DNA of 63,998 bases, the filler included, from Ministeria vibrans ATCC 50519 (lineage: Eukaryota > Protista > Filasterea): NCBI GenBank assembly GCA_943704425.1. It is 7 parts of 7 records of this genome, joined end to end, with 100 filler letters (N's around TTAATTAATTAA, not from the genome) between each part and the next. Parts side by side here need not be neighbours in the genome. Positions count along the whole stretch, not along the records: positions 1 to 28,280 come from CALSCP010001546.1; 6 more parts are not named here. The stretch is one strand, 5' to 3'. Shown here piece after piece: positions 1 to 10,957 of the stretch (within the stretch, counting starts at the first letter, position 1; the number at the start of each line of letters is the position of its first letter). A model generated the notes under the pieces. The model worked only from the letters and a program-made list of their open reading frames with translations, searched no databases and was not told the origin of the DNA. Made by a program: the position numbers and the translations under genes.

Positions 1-2
1 CT

Positions 3-107
3 ACTGCCGTCCGGCATGCTCACTTCAGCGACACCCTCCATCTCAATTCAAATCATGATGCGTCTGCGTCAGTGCCTGAGGGCTCCTTCACGTCCATCGA
101 CTTGTAA
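3..107 (+). CDS. 3' end of an unidentified gene (partial, ...VPEGSFTSIDL*)
   Basis: GC-rich open frame ending TAA at 105-107, followed by AT-rich UTR-like sequence. Confidence 0.4.
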   Translation, partial: TAVRHAHFSDTLHLNSNHDASASVPEGSFTSIDL

Positions 108-130
108 TATAATCTTATAGTCCAATACAG

Positions 131-313
131 CATTATTATTATTCTTTTAAATATGAACTCTCTTTCTGTCCTCGTACTAACGAATTGGTATTGAATGATC
201 CAATCAAAATTGGATCAAGCTCAACATTATTGTTATTGTTTTAAACATGACCTCTTTCTGTCCTCGTAATAACGAATTGACATCGAATGATCCAATCAAA
301 ATTGGATCAAGCT
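131..313. repeat. ~90 bp imperfect tandem duplication, each copy containing the hairpin TGATCCAAT-caaa-ATTGGATCA
   Basis: Two near-identical copies of ...ctctttctgtcctcgta.taacgaattg...gaatgatccaatcaaaattggatcaagctc. Confidence 0.85.
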
Positions 314-382
314 CGAATCAAAATTACAATGTATTTTATTTCTTTCTCTCACTTTTTTTTCGTACTTTTCCTCGTAAAAATT

Positions 383-1378
383 ATGCCCACTTTGAAAACC
401 CATACCGCCGGTCAACACGTGACTGTTGAGCAAATCAAAGACAGCAGTGAGCTGTATTCGGTGCGTCGGGATGCGACTGGTAGAGTTAAGGTCAGTGCAG
501 AAAAGAGGCGCGCTAACAACCAAACACACCAAACGTGCGCTTTTTCTGGTGAAATTAGTCAAGATACTGTCGCCAAATAGAACGTTTAGTTGTATTCATT
601 CAGACCACCGGCACAGGCGGTGGTTTTGTTGACATTTTTTTGCTTGTCGCGTTTTCGACAGACTTTCGTTCGCAACTCGTTCGTGTCGTCTTTGAAACGG
701 AAACGGCAATAATAATTCATTTCCAACCTTCAATTTACATTGAAACAGCTGACTTCAATTCACATAGATGTGTTAGGCTCAAGACTAATGTGATTTTAAT
801 CGCCAAAATTCTACTGTGTCGTTTTGCGCATTTGTGCTCATTTTAATGTTTTTTTACTCTGTATTCTCTAATACGCCAGCTTGTGTGGAACAAGAGCCTT
901 GCTTCGTCAAAAATGGAGGCGGAGCGTCGTCGTCGTCGCAACAGTATGAATATCAAGAAGAACACACCCAAGTCCAGCAAGCTGCGCCGTCTGGCGGGCG
1001 GCATGAAAAAGGCCAAAGTACACACTATTATTAAAAAGTGAATATTCAACGCCATAACTTAACCTTTGCTAATCTATTCTCCCTAGACTGCTTTCCAGAT
1101 GTTTGTCAAGCAGTATGGCAAGCGACTTCGTGAAACACGTCGTCTCACACAGCCAGAGGTGCTCCAGATTTTGGCCATTCGGTAAGTGAAGCAAAAAAAC
1201 ACAATCTACAGATTATATATAAAAATTAATCATTTTTTATTCTTTTAGTTGGAGCAACTTGTCTGGTGACACCAAAAAGGTAACATTCGCTCTCATCTCC
1301 CTCCGTGTCAACTAACAAGAATCCATACAATAGACCTTTGCAGACAAGGCGGCGAATGACGACATTGAAAACGAATGA
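383..1378 (+). CDS. HMG-box protein (5 exons; alternative start at ATG 913)
   Basis: Spliced product ...MKKAK|TAFQMFVKQYGKRLRETRRLTQPEVLQILAIR|WSNLSGDTKK|TFADKAANDDIENE* matches the HMG-box pattern (xAFxxF...W.xL). GT-AG junctions are phase-compatible. Confidence 0.7.
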
Positions 1379-1401
1379 AAAGAGCTTTAATTATTTATTT
1401 A

Positions 1402-2935
1402 TTAATGTCTTCTACTGTCACGGTCTCTGTCACGATCCCTGTCACGGTCACGATCGCGGTCGCGTCCACGGTCACGGTCACGGTCACGGTCATAGTCACG
1501 ATGGCGTTCGCGATAGTCGCGGTCACGATCCCGCCCGCCGCGATCCCGGTCACGGTCACGGTCGCGGTCACGATCGTGGTCACGATCACGCGATCTCGAT
1601 TTCTTTCGGTCGTCGCCATTGTTACCACTGCCTTCGCTGGTAGCCGGGGCTGCTGAGGTGGAAGAAGACAACTCGGCGCCCGGCGTGGCCAGCAAGGATC
1701 CTTCACCACTGGGCGCCAACTGAGGTCGTGGAGGCATGCCGGGCATACCGGGACGCATTCCGTACGGTGGTTGGAAAAAAGGGGGTCGGAACATGTGTGG
1801 AGGCATCATGCCCATCATGTTGAAAGGAGGACGCATGCCGGGACGAGGAAAGAAGCCACCAGGTGCACCACCGGGAGGTCCTGCACCGCCTCCCGCCACG
1901 GCTGCTGCTGCTGCCGCTGCTGCTGCTGCTGTTGGTCCTCCTCCACGAGGCCCACTGGCTCGTTGGTGCATAGGCTGGTTCAAGGGGGCCTCTTCAATGG
2001 TCACAGTCGAGTCTAGCACGCCTGATCAACAGAGAAACAAACAAACAAAAACAAAAACAAAAAAAAGAGTCGTGCGTTCGCTTAGTACAGTATTTTATGA
2101 GAGCCGGTGTCTTCCTAGTACCAAATCGTGGAAGTTTCAAAAGGGCCATTTTGCAGTCCTCTGCATCGGAAAATTCCACACGCATAAACCCTTTTGACTT
2201 GCCCGTCTGTCTCTCCTACAACGCACGCATTAGCCGGGCGTCCTCCATTTCTCTCATTAGATTCGTTGCACAGGTTTACTTCAAAGGTTTTGACGACAAA
2301 CGGTCGGGTAATGCCCACTTTGCGAATTGCCTCGGCGATCTCCTCGTCGGTGTTCCACCAGCGCAGTTGGCCGATGATGAGTGCGCCTTGCGTCGCGACG
2401 TTTGTAATGTAGTTTGGATTGGCCACAATGCCACCACTCTCGTCCATCATGGCAACGCGTGTGCTCGCGGGCGTCTAAGCAGCGAGTAAGAGAGTGAGTG
2501 AGTGAGAGCGACGAACGTCGTGATGGCATAACGCTCTTTTGGTGGATCGTACCGGTGCGCTTACGGCGGGAGCCGGTGCGTTTTGTCTGATCTGGGTGTT
2601 TGCAGGAGCGCTGGGCGCTACCGGAGCGGGTGTCTATGCGTAGAAGTGAACGTTTGTCAGACGCGATTTCGAAGGAAAAAAAAAAAAAGAACACACACTT
2701 TACCTGTTCCGTCGTGGGTGTTTCTGTGTCTGCTGGATCGTCGTCATTGTGGCGTGACTTGAGGATATCCGAATACAAGTCGTCTGTGAATTGCTGAAAG
2801 ACGTGGGAGCGAAGAGACGATAGAGAGAGAGACAGAGACAGACGAGTAAATTAGATCACATCAGATGAGAGAATAAAAGAATACGTTGTCATCATTGGAC
2901 GGCAGACCATAGAGGTCTGGTAGATCGTCACCCAT
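1402..2935 (-). CDS. CPSF6: Cleavage factor Im large subunit (CPSF6/CPSF7-like): RRM, Pro-rich region, RD/RS tail
   Basis: RRM with IIGQLRWWNTDEEI and GKSKGFMRVEF (cf. YIGNLTWWTTDEDL...GQSKGFA). Pro/Gly/Met-rich middle and (RD)n C-terminus. Confidence 0.85.
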
Positions 2936-3117
2936 GAGACTCACTGAGTGATGGGAGGGATATATAAGTGAGTTTCGAAACGTGATCGACTGATTGTCTT
3001 GTGGATCGTCTTGTTCGGAAAGACGGAGATGTCACAGTTGACTCACTCACAGACTCATCACTCACTTGACACTTCACTCTTTGTACCATTTTTATCCCCC
3101 TCCCCCGCCTCCTCAGA

Positions 3118-4280
3118 ATGCGAACAGCACTACTGATTGTAGCGGCAGCGCTCGGTGCGTTCGCCCTATCGTCCGACATGGACTTGGTTGACTCGCCAAC
3201 GAGCCTGTTCGCCGCCTGGAGTGGCCTGGGCGCCTTCAGCGGTCAACACACGGCTGTGTCGGCCAAGGACTGTGCCGATGTGAGCAGCAACGACGTCCAA
3301 CAGTGGTCCAAGGGCCTGTTCGGCGCTGGCGACAGCGACGATGACACCCAGAAAAAATCCTCTTCCTTGGCCAACTTCGCCAACGTCGACTACCGCCCCA
3401 AGATGATGATCGTCTTTGTCGTGTCCGACCTCGACGCGCCCCTCCTCGCCTCGTACGGCGGCGTGGCTGCAGCTGAGTCTCTTCCTGCCGTCTCCTCTGC
3501 CCTCTCCTCCGCCCCGTCTTCGCTCGTTCTCTCGCGAACACACGTCTTCTCAGACGACGTCGTTGCCGGTCACACCCATCACACCCTTTCCTCTTCCGGT
3601 ATTCATTGTTGTTCATTTTTTTTCTTTACTTTTTTCTTTTCCTTTTTTTTTTTTNNNNNNNNNNTTTTTTTGAATTGGACTCTCACTTGTCAATCATTCA
3701 CCATTGCCCCGCCCCTTCTTGCATATCGTTTTGATCGGCGGTGTCTCCCACTCTGCATTTGAGCGTGTCGCTCACTTTGTCTTTTGTACTTCTCTGACTG
3801 ACACACAAAACGCGTTTTGTCACTGTACGTTTAGACATTGCTAACCCATCGTCGGTCGTCATGAACCCCGGCACCCACAACGTTGTGGTTGTTCCTCTGG
3901 ACATGTCGCGCAAGAGGCGCTCGGCAACGACCGCTGCGTCCGTGGACAGTGTCATCGAGACACTGACGGCCAAAGTGGCACAAGCCACCGACAACAACTA
4001 CGTTGCCGTGCTCACTACCGCAAGCAGCCACTCTGCCGCGAAGCAGCAGCAGCAGCAGCAGCAGCGCCAGCGTGTGCGTCGCTCCACCAGCAGCCCGTCA
4101 GGCGGCAACATTGCGCCGACGCCCGCCAGCCAGTTCTACATTGTGTTCACCTACCCCGTCTGGATGGGCATCCTCATTGTCCTGCCCCTCATCCTTTTCC
4201 TCCTCTTCGCCATCTGCTGCCTCATGAGCACCCAGACCCCAACCCGCTTCGACGATCCCAAGGGAAAGCCTTTCATGTGA
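3118..4280 (+). CDS. ATP6AP1: V-ATPase accessory subunit S1/Ac45 (2 exons)
   Basis: Signal peptide, and C-terminal TM with VWMGILIV...MSTQTPTRFDDPKGK matching the Ac45/Voa1 tail. Confidence 0.8.
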
Positions 4281-4353
4281 GTGTGAGTCTCTTTTTTTTG
4301 TTTTTGTTTCATCGCCATTAAAAACCAGTAAAAAAAAAAAAAGACAATGCATT

Positions 4354-5905
4354 CTACACGCCACTACTACTGTTACTGTGCAAGAGAGCATTGACATCGA
4401 CTGTGGTGCTTGGAACAGTCCGATTGGCACGAGCGAGTAATACTTGCGCGTCACTCTCGTCAGCCTCTCCTTCTCTCTGTGTTGTCCTCACGCCCTCTCG
4501 ACTGGTTGTGCCCTCTTCGCGTACTGCGCGACTCGGCAACCCATCCATCATTCCACTGACGCTGTTCCGTCGCATAGAAGTAACAGTACAAGCAGCAGTG
4601 GTGGTGGCAGTTGTCGTCCGAGTGGGCTTCGCCTTGCACAGAGGACAAAGAAGGGTGCGCATAAGCCACGGGTCAATGCACTCCGTGTGGTACTCGTGCG
4701 AACAAGGCAGAGTTCGCAGTCCATCGCCCGTCACAAAGTCAGACAGGCAGATTGCGCACGTGTGACGCGACGAGGCTGAGACAGCCGTGCGCTTCATATG
4801 ATGATTGGCCTGAGCTGCACTGATTACGCGCTGGGTCGTTGCGGGTCGCTTCGTGAGCAGACTCGCTCGTTCCTCCTCCTTCGACTCCTCTGCAGTTTCC
4901 TGGTCGTCAGCAGAGTCACACGATCGTACCATTGATCGATCGCTGTCAAGCTCTCCAAATTTTCGCGTGGGCAACGATCGAATGATCTCAATGGCTGCAA
5001 GCGTGAGATCTTCCGCGCTCGCTCGACGTGGCAGGCGCGAGAGCCGTCGCGTCGCCAAATGGACCATTGCAATATCAGCAGCCTCACTGTTGCTGCTGCG
5101 CGCGTAAGCCTCCTCAGCCGGCGTGGACGGTCCAACCGCAATGGACCGTTGACGGAAGCAGTAAAGCTGGACGAAACTTTTTCGTACGACAAACACAAAA
5201 AATACGCCACAAAGTGACACAGCCACGAACACCATAAAATAGCCACTCACAACAGTGCCCCCCGAGGGGTCCGCCGGTATCCGCCCAGAGTTGTCTCGCA
5301 GTGCAGCCGTCAGTTGCGACCCGGACGAGAGAGCCCTCTCGAGCGTCACCGACAACGCTGAGAAATCCCCCAAAGTGATTAAAACAGTCGGCACATACGC
5401 GACAGGCAGACCGCTGTAGTCGGACGCTTCGCTCATGATGAACAGGGAGTCGTCCACATTGCCCACAACCAACGCCGCTGCGCCCAATTCCGCGGCATTG
5501 ATTGACTATCAGCCAAAAGAGAAAAAGAAAAAGGACGAAAACCATTTTTTTTTTAAAAAAAAAAAGCACGCTTAACAATCTTGGAGGGTCGCCTTCGACT
5601 ACCTTATTGCTGAAACTACAGTTACCACGTTGCACGACCAGTACGAGTGGAAAGGTCGCGTTGCCGGGGAGACGAAAGGGAGAACATCCATATTTATTGT
5701 CGTGGTCGGCCGCCACAATGCTTCCTGTGAGCAAGGTCCTGCCCAAGCGTGGCCCAAATGCCGCCTGCACCGCAAAGATTTCAAGGTTCGTTGTACTGTC
5801 AGAGCCAATTAAGAGCTTCGCCGCCTGTGCCTCTGCGACGCCCATCTGCGTCGTTGTCAGCACCGCAACGAACCCCAGCAACGCCAGTCGTCGATTCATA
5901 GCCAT
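4354..5905 (-). CDS. PA-TM-RING E3 ubiquitin ligase (RNF13/RNF167/Goliath family)
   Basis: Signal peptide; PA domain (AAFGP...VQRGNCSFSNKV...GAAALVVGN); TM; RING-H2 CAICLSDF...LPCSHEYHTECIDPWL...CPLCK. Confidence 0.9.
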
Positions 5906-6060
5906 GTAGGGTAGACGACGAGCGAAGCCCGGCAATTCTAAACGTGTACGGGAGAAAAAATAAAGTATTTCGATTTTCATTTTTCATTTTTCGCTCAATT
6001 ATTCTCTCACATTCACAACACTCACGATCAGCTGACTGCACATGCGTCACGGCTCAGCCA

Positions 6061-6288
6061 GTTAGCCGTTCCAAGAAACACAGAAAATCACACGCAAAAG
6101 TCAAAACTTGAAAAAAAAAAACAAACCAACCGACTCAAAACTCACTCTGGGGCTACTTAGCTGTAGCTAGGAGATAACATGGGAAAACAAAGGCAGTTCA
6201 GAGTGGCGAGTGCTGTGTCGTCGCTATGCAGTGAGGCAATCGCAAAGGTACGCCATACCCCCCGTGGGGGCTTAGGGCTCTGACACCA
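6061..6288 (-). repeat. Dispersed non-coding element, copy A
   Basis: Reverse complement matches 44354-44535: 56/60 nt identical at the start, plus an identical 18-mer ATAGCGACGACACAGCAC. Confidence 0.85.
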
Positions 6289-6363
6289 TGGTCCATGGGT
6301 AGGTGTTACCTTAATTGAAGCAATGCGCTCCCGAATTTTTGACCTATGTACATTAATTTTATT

Positions 6364-8717
6364 TTATAACAAAAGAAAGGGGATAGTAGTGGCAGCAGCA
6401 GCAACAGTGCAAAGGCCGCGTATGGGCATAGTAGCAACAGTGCAGAGGCCACGCACGGGCACAGCAATGGGTGCAGCACCACGAGTCCTACAGAGCGTAA
6501 CACACAGCAAGAGTCAAGGTTGTGCATATTAATATAATAATAACAATAATGATAAATTAATGCCATATAGAGTGATTCGTTGTGCAACTGCATTGGTGAT
6601 AAGCGTTTGTGACTGTACCTGGCACCGTAGAAGAAGGCCATCATGGGAGAGATACGATCGACGGATTTGACGACGACGACGCTGTCGGCGCGGAGAGACT
6701 TGATGGGAAGGGCGGACGGTGTGCGAGCCAGACGGGGCAGGTGGATCTCCTTGTGACGAATGGGGACGGGAGCGGGCAGGGCAGGGACCTGGGCGTGACG
6801 CATGGCGCGGAGTTTGCGGACAATGATCTCTTCGGGGTTGTCGAGGGCGTCGGCCGAGACGGACTTGACAACATTGCCAAACAGGAAGACGCCAAATGGA
6901 CGCAAATAGAGCCAGGAGAGAGACGGGGAGTCGATGCCCGCGCACGAGCGCGCGTTAAATTGGTGAAGGAGGACTTTGCGCAGACGCGTACGGCCAGAGA
7001 AGCGGACGTCGATCTGAGGAAAGGGCGGGAGGACGACCTGTTGGGCGAGAGGCAGACGGGCGTGCGGGGCGGAGGGAATGAGGGCAGCGAGGGACACTGA
7101 GCCGTCGGGAAAGGCACTGGGGCGTGTGGGGTTGGGACTGGCAAACTGCGAGAGGGCTTGGTAGCGCCAGAGGAAAGACGCAAGTTGAATCTGCGGGAAG
7201 AGCTGGCTGACGTTAAGAAGAGGGTGGGTGAGCCAGCGGGGGAGCAGACGACGCGAGGAAGGCGACACAAGGAGGAGAAAGGGAAGAGGGACAACAATGG
7301 TGCACAGCGGCTGAGCCCATTGAAGCAGCGTACTGCGTTTCTGATCAAGTGCTTCCGGCGACAGAGCAAGCTCCAGTGCGGGTTGTTCACCGCGTGCCTG
7401 TGGGGAGGTGAGCGTGTGTTTCTTGGCTGGGGGTTGCAAGGCTCTAGCGTGAGCATTGGGGTTTTGTGCCAGACACAGTTCAACGAGTCCTTCTTTCTCC
7501 ATCGACGCTAGTGTTGCGCTGTGGCCCAATGGCTCGTTCAGGGGAACCTAAGCGAGGCAATAAAAGAAGAAGAAGAAAAAAAAAGACACACACGCACACA
7601 TCGGTCAGTATACATAAATGAAAAAAAGAAATGAAGTAAGATGAGAGAGGAGTACGGGAGTGGAAGAGAGAGACAGAAGAGCGAGTTTGGTCCAGGCAGG
7701 CTTGGACAGGCGCGTTCTGGGAATGACGGTGGTGCAGAAGTCGCGAAGACGCGGCTCAAAGAGAGTGGCGATAGAGATGACGTCGAGGGGTTCGTCGGAA
7801 GGGGAGAGGTCGTCGCAGGCAGCGACGGAGCCTGCGAGGAGGTTGACGGCGACGGGCCAGCCGCCCGTGAGATGCTGGAGCCGCACCGCTGCATTGCGGA
7901 GTTTTGGCTTGATGCGACGCCCTGACTCCCCGCGGCAGTGCATTAGAGACCATTGGACTGCGCGTGCGTCCCAGATCATTGGGAGTTTGACGGGAAACGG
8001 AACGACGTTTGAGACGGCCGGTAGTGCGTCCAGGGTTGGCAGGATGAGGAGGGGAAAGATTTGGGCGGGCAGTGTCGAGTCACGCTTAGCGTGGTTGCCC
8101 TCTTCAATGTTTTCTTGTATAATGGCGTGGAGGAGGCGCTTGATGAGAGAAGCGTCGCGCGCCCCGGCGTCGTCGATGGTCAGGAGGGTGGCGCGCCCGA
8201 GCAAATGGTCAAAATCGCGTCCTTTCTGGCGCACTGGCCCCGTGTCAACGCTAATGTGGTCCATTGTTTGCCGGAGTGCCTCGCGATCAGTGATCTTCTC
8301 GTTGGCGAGGGCCGTTCGAATGAGCGGATCGGCGAGCGACACAGTCCCGTGCGTAACCTTCACCCGTGGCAGGTGAATGCGTAGCTTACGAGCAATTTCG
8401 TTGGCTGTACGTGACTTGCCCGACCCCACCGCACCCATGACCACCGGCAGGGACGTCATCCTGCTCTGTGTGAGGTATTCAAAAGGTCTTTTCGAAAAGC
8501 GTGACTGTATGTCCTTCTTGACGAACTTCCACAGACTCTCATATGCCTCTCCCTTCACAAACGGAAGCTCACACTCGATCGGAGGCTAAGCACACCCCAT
8601 CCCCCCAAGAAGGCAGTCACAGAGTCGTGAGAAGAGCGAAGAGGGAATCAGTGCGAAGCGAATGACTTTCGATTCTGTACCGGCAGTGCAGTGATTTTGG
8701 TCGCGACGATTGCCATC
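6364..8717 (-). CDS. P-loop NTPase + restriction-endonuclease-fold protein, Crinkler/RHS (CR)-like; 5' end uncertain
   Basis: LPFVKGE...PVVMGAVGSGKSR (Walker A) and LLTIDDA (Walker B). An intron at ~7550-7655 with a TACTGAC branch site joins ORFs 7605-8558 and 6306-7529 in frame. C-terminal FPQIDV...LLHQFN resembles PD-(D/E/Q)xK. Confidence 0.55.
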
Positions 8718-9106
8718 GCGAAACGCCCACGCAAGTTTGCAAACGAAGTATAGTCTGATGGTGGGGTGAAATTGGAAATTGAATAATTAATGTATCGATT
8801 TCATATGTTGATTAGAGTGAGTGCAGAGTGGCACGCGTGTGTCTGTGAAGGCTGGCCAAGACTGGTACTACTGGACATATGTCTTGGCTCTATTAGGACT
8901 TTGGTTGCTAATTGCTAGCTAAGGCCTAAGACTGAGTGGTACGTGATCTAACTTGTGAACTGTAAGCGAGTAGTGAGTACTCCGTAATCCTTGGCGACGA
9001 ATAGACCAAAAAAGACCAGTCCGATCACATCTCGTGTGCATCACACAGGCCAATGCGCGCGCTTGGTCCGCAATGGGTTGTACTCTCTTTCATTCTCGTT
9101 TATTAC

Positions 9107-9544
9107 TTACACGGGCTCATACAAGCCCACCATATGGCCGTCGGGAGTGCGCAGACTCGCAGCCTGCAAACACCGAATAAGATCAACAGTCGGTGGGTCT
9201 CTTTGAAAATGGCTGTCTACCTTGCCATTGACTGTGTGCTTCACTGGGCCGTCGAGATGGGCGCCCAATTGGACACAGCGGATGACGGCGTCGTCTAAGT
9301 CGTCGAGAGTGAAGCTCAGTAGAGTTGAGTAGCCCGGAGTGAGTTCCGCCTCGACGTCACTGAAGCGCAGCGACAGGCCAGGCGGGGTCGACGGAGACAG
9401 ATCGGAGTCTGTGTGGTACGTGAGCAGCGCATTGCGTTCGTCCTGAGACAGTCGCGCGAGATTGAGTCCGAGACCTTGAGTGAAGAACTTGGCGGAAGTG
9501 GGGACATCACGCACAAGCAGAATCACTCGAGAGAGCATCGCCAT
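9107..9544 (-). CDS. Glyoxalase/VOC-fold protein
   Basis: VILLVRDVPTSAKFFTQGLGL...LDDAVIRCVQLGA...LRTPDGHMVGLYE; one in-frame intron. Confidence 0.85.
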   Translation of the reverse strand: MAMLSRVILLVRDVPTSAKFFTQGLGLNLARLSQDERNALLTYHTDSDLSPSTPPGLSLRFSDVEAELTPGYSTLLSFTLDDLDDAVIRCVQLGAHLDGPVKHTVNGKVDSHFQRDPPTVDLIRCLQAASLRTPDGHMVGLYEPV

Positions 9545-10019
9545 GCTTGACCTGACGTGCACGGTACGGGTGATTCACTATAGAGAAAAATGAATGACTC
9601 AGACTACAACAAGCGATCAAACTAAGTTTCGATTGATTCTGCATTTCATTCACTGATTCACAAGTCNNNNNNNNNNNNNNNNNNNNNNNNNNNNNNNNNN
9701 NNNNNNNNNNNNNNNNNNNNNNNNNNNNNNNNNNNNNNNNNNNNNNNNNNNNNNNNNNNNNNNNNNNNNNNNNNNNNNNNNNNNNNNNNNNNNNNNNNNN
9801 NNNNNNNNNNNNNNNNNNNNNNNNNNNNNNNNNNNNNNNNNNNNNNNNNNNNNNNNNNNNNNNNNNNNNNNNNNNNNNNNNNNNNNNNNNNNNNNNNNNN
9901 NNNNNNNNNNNNNNNNNNNNNNNNNNNNNNNNNNNNNNNNNNNNNNNNNNNNNNNNNNNNNNNNNNNNNNNNNNNNGCCTTATTCACAACGTTTAGACAA
10001 AGTTGCTGTTGGCCTCGGC

Positions 10020-10417
10020 ATGTTTCAGGGGCGCATCGGGGCCTTTGTGAGCATTTTCTGCTCCGGCCTGTGCTTGCGACATTTTGTGTTTCAGGTTCAT
10101 TTGTGTTCGGGCAAGTCCATGTCACCCACCATCGACGACACAGGCGATGTTGTCGTCGTCTCGAGAGTGGAACACTTCCTTGGGTAGGTCCCACCGCCCC
10201 TTCGAGCCACGCCCTGACTTGCCCTTGCTGTGGATTGATAGGAAATTCAAGAAAGGTGATGTGGTTGTTGCTCGCTCACCTCACGCGCCCGACAAGCTTA
10301 TCTGCAAGCGCATCATTGGCATGGTACCCTTTTGTTGAGTCCCATTGGCATTCATCTGATCCCGGTTTTGTATTCTGACGTTTGATTTGGTGTATGTGTG
10401 TGTGTATGTATGTGTGT

Positions 10418-10511
<94 letters not shown>

Positions 10512-10840
10512 CTTTGTGGTGTGTGTGTATGTCTTTGTGGTGTGTGTGTATGTCTTTGTGGTGTGTGTGTATGTCTTTGTGGTGTGTGTGTGTGTTGCAG
10601 GGTGGTGACTTGGTTCCGCTCGTCAACATGTCAGCAGTTGCAGACGAGAGTCCTGAAGAGTCGGACGAGTCCGATGACCTACTCAGCCGCTCAGTGTACG
10701 TCCCCATTGGTCGCGTGTGGCTTGAGGGTGACAACGCGTCTCAGTCGTTTGATTCACGCAACTACGGCCCCATTCCCCAGGCACTCCTGGTCGGTCGTGT
10801 CACCTACAAAGTGTGGCCGTCCTTTCAACGCATTGAGTGA
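10020..10840 (+). CDS. IMMP1L: Mitochondrial inner membrane protease subunit 1
   Basis: S26 motifs GKSMSPT, KGDVVVARSP, ICKRIIG, VWLEGDN...SFDSRNYGPIP across 3 exons. Confidence 0.88.
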
Positions 10841-10957
10841 TCCCACGCAATAACCCCCCTCCCCCAAGCAAGCACGATTTGTATCTACCTCCCCGTGTCA
10901 ATTGTTCCTGTAAACTATCTCCACCTCATGAGCGAAAAAGAATGTATTTTGTTTTTG

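Noticed and set aside
1305-1709. Overlapping VT/GH-repeat ORFs
   Set aside because: Shadow frames of the (RD)n tail of CPSF6.
10276-10853. ORFs made of CV/HT/LS/RE/YI dipeptide repeats here and elsewhere
   Set aside because: Translations of intronic microsatellites.
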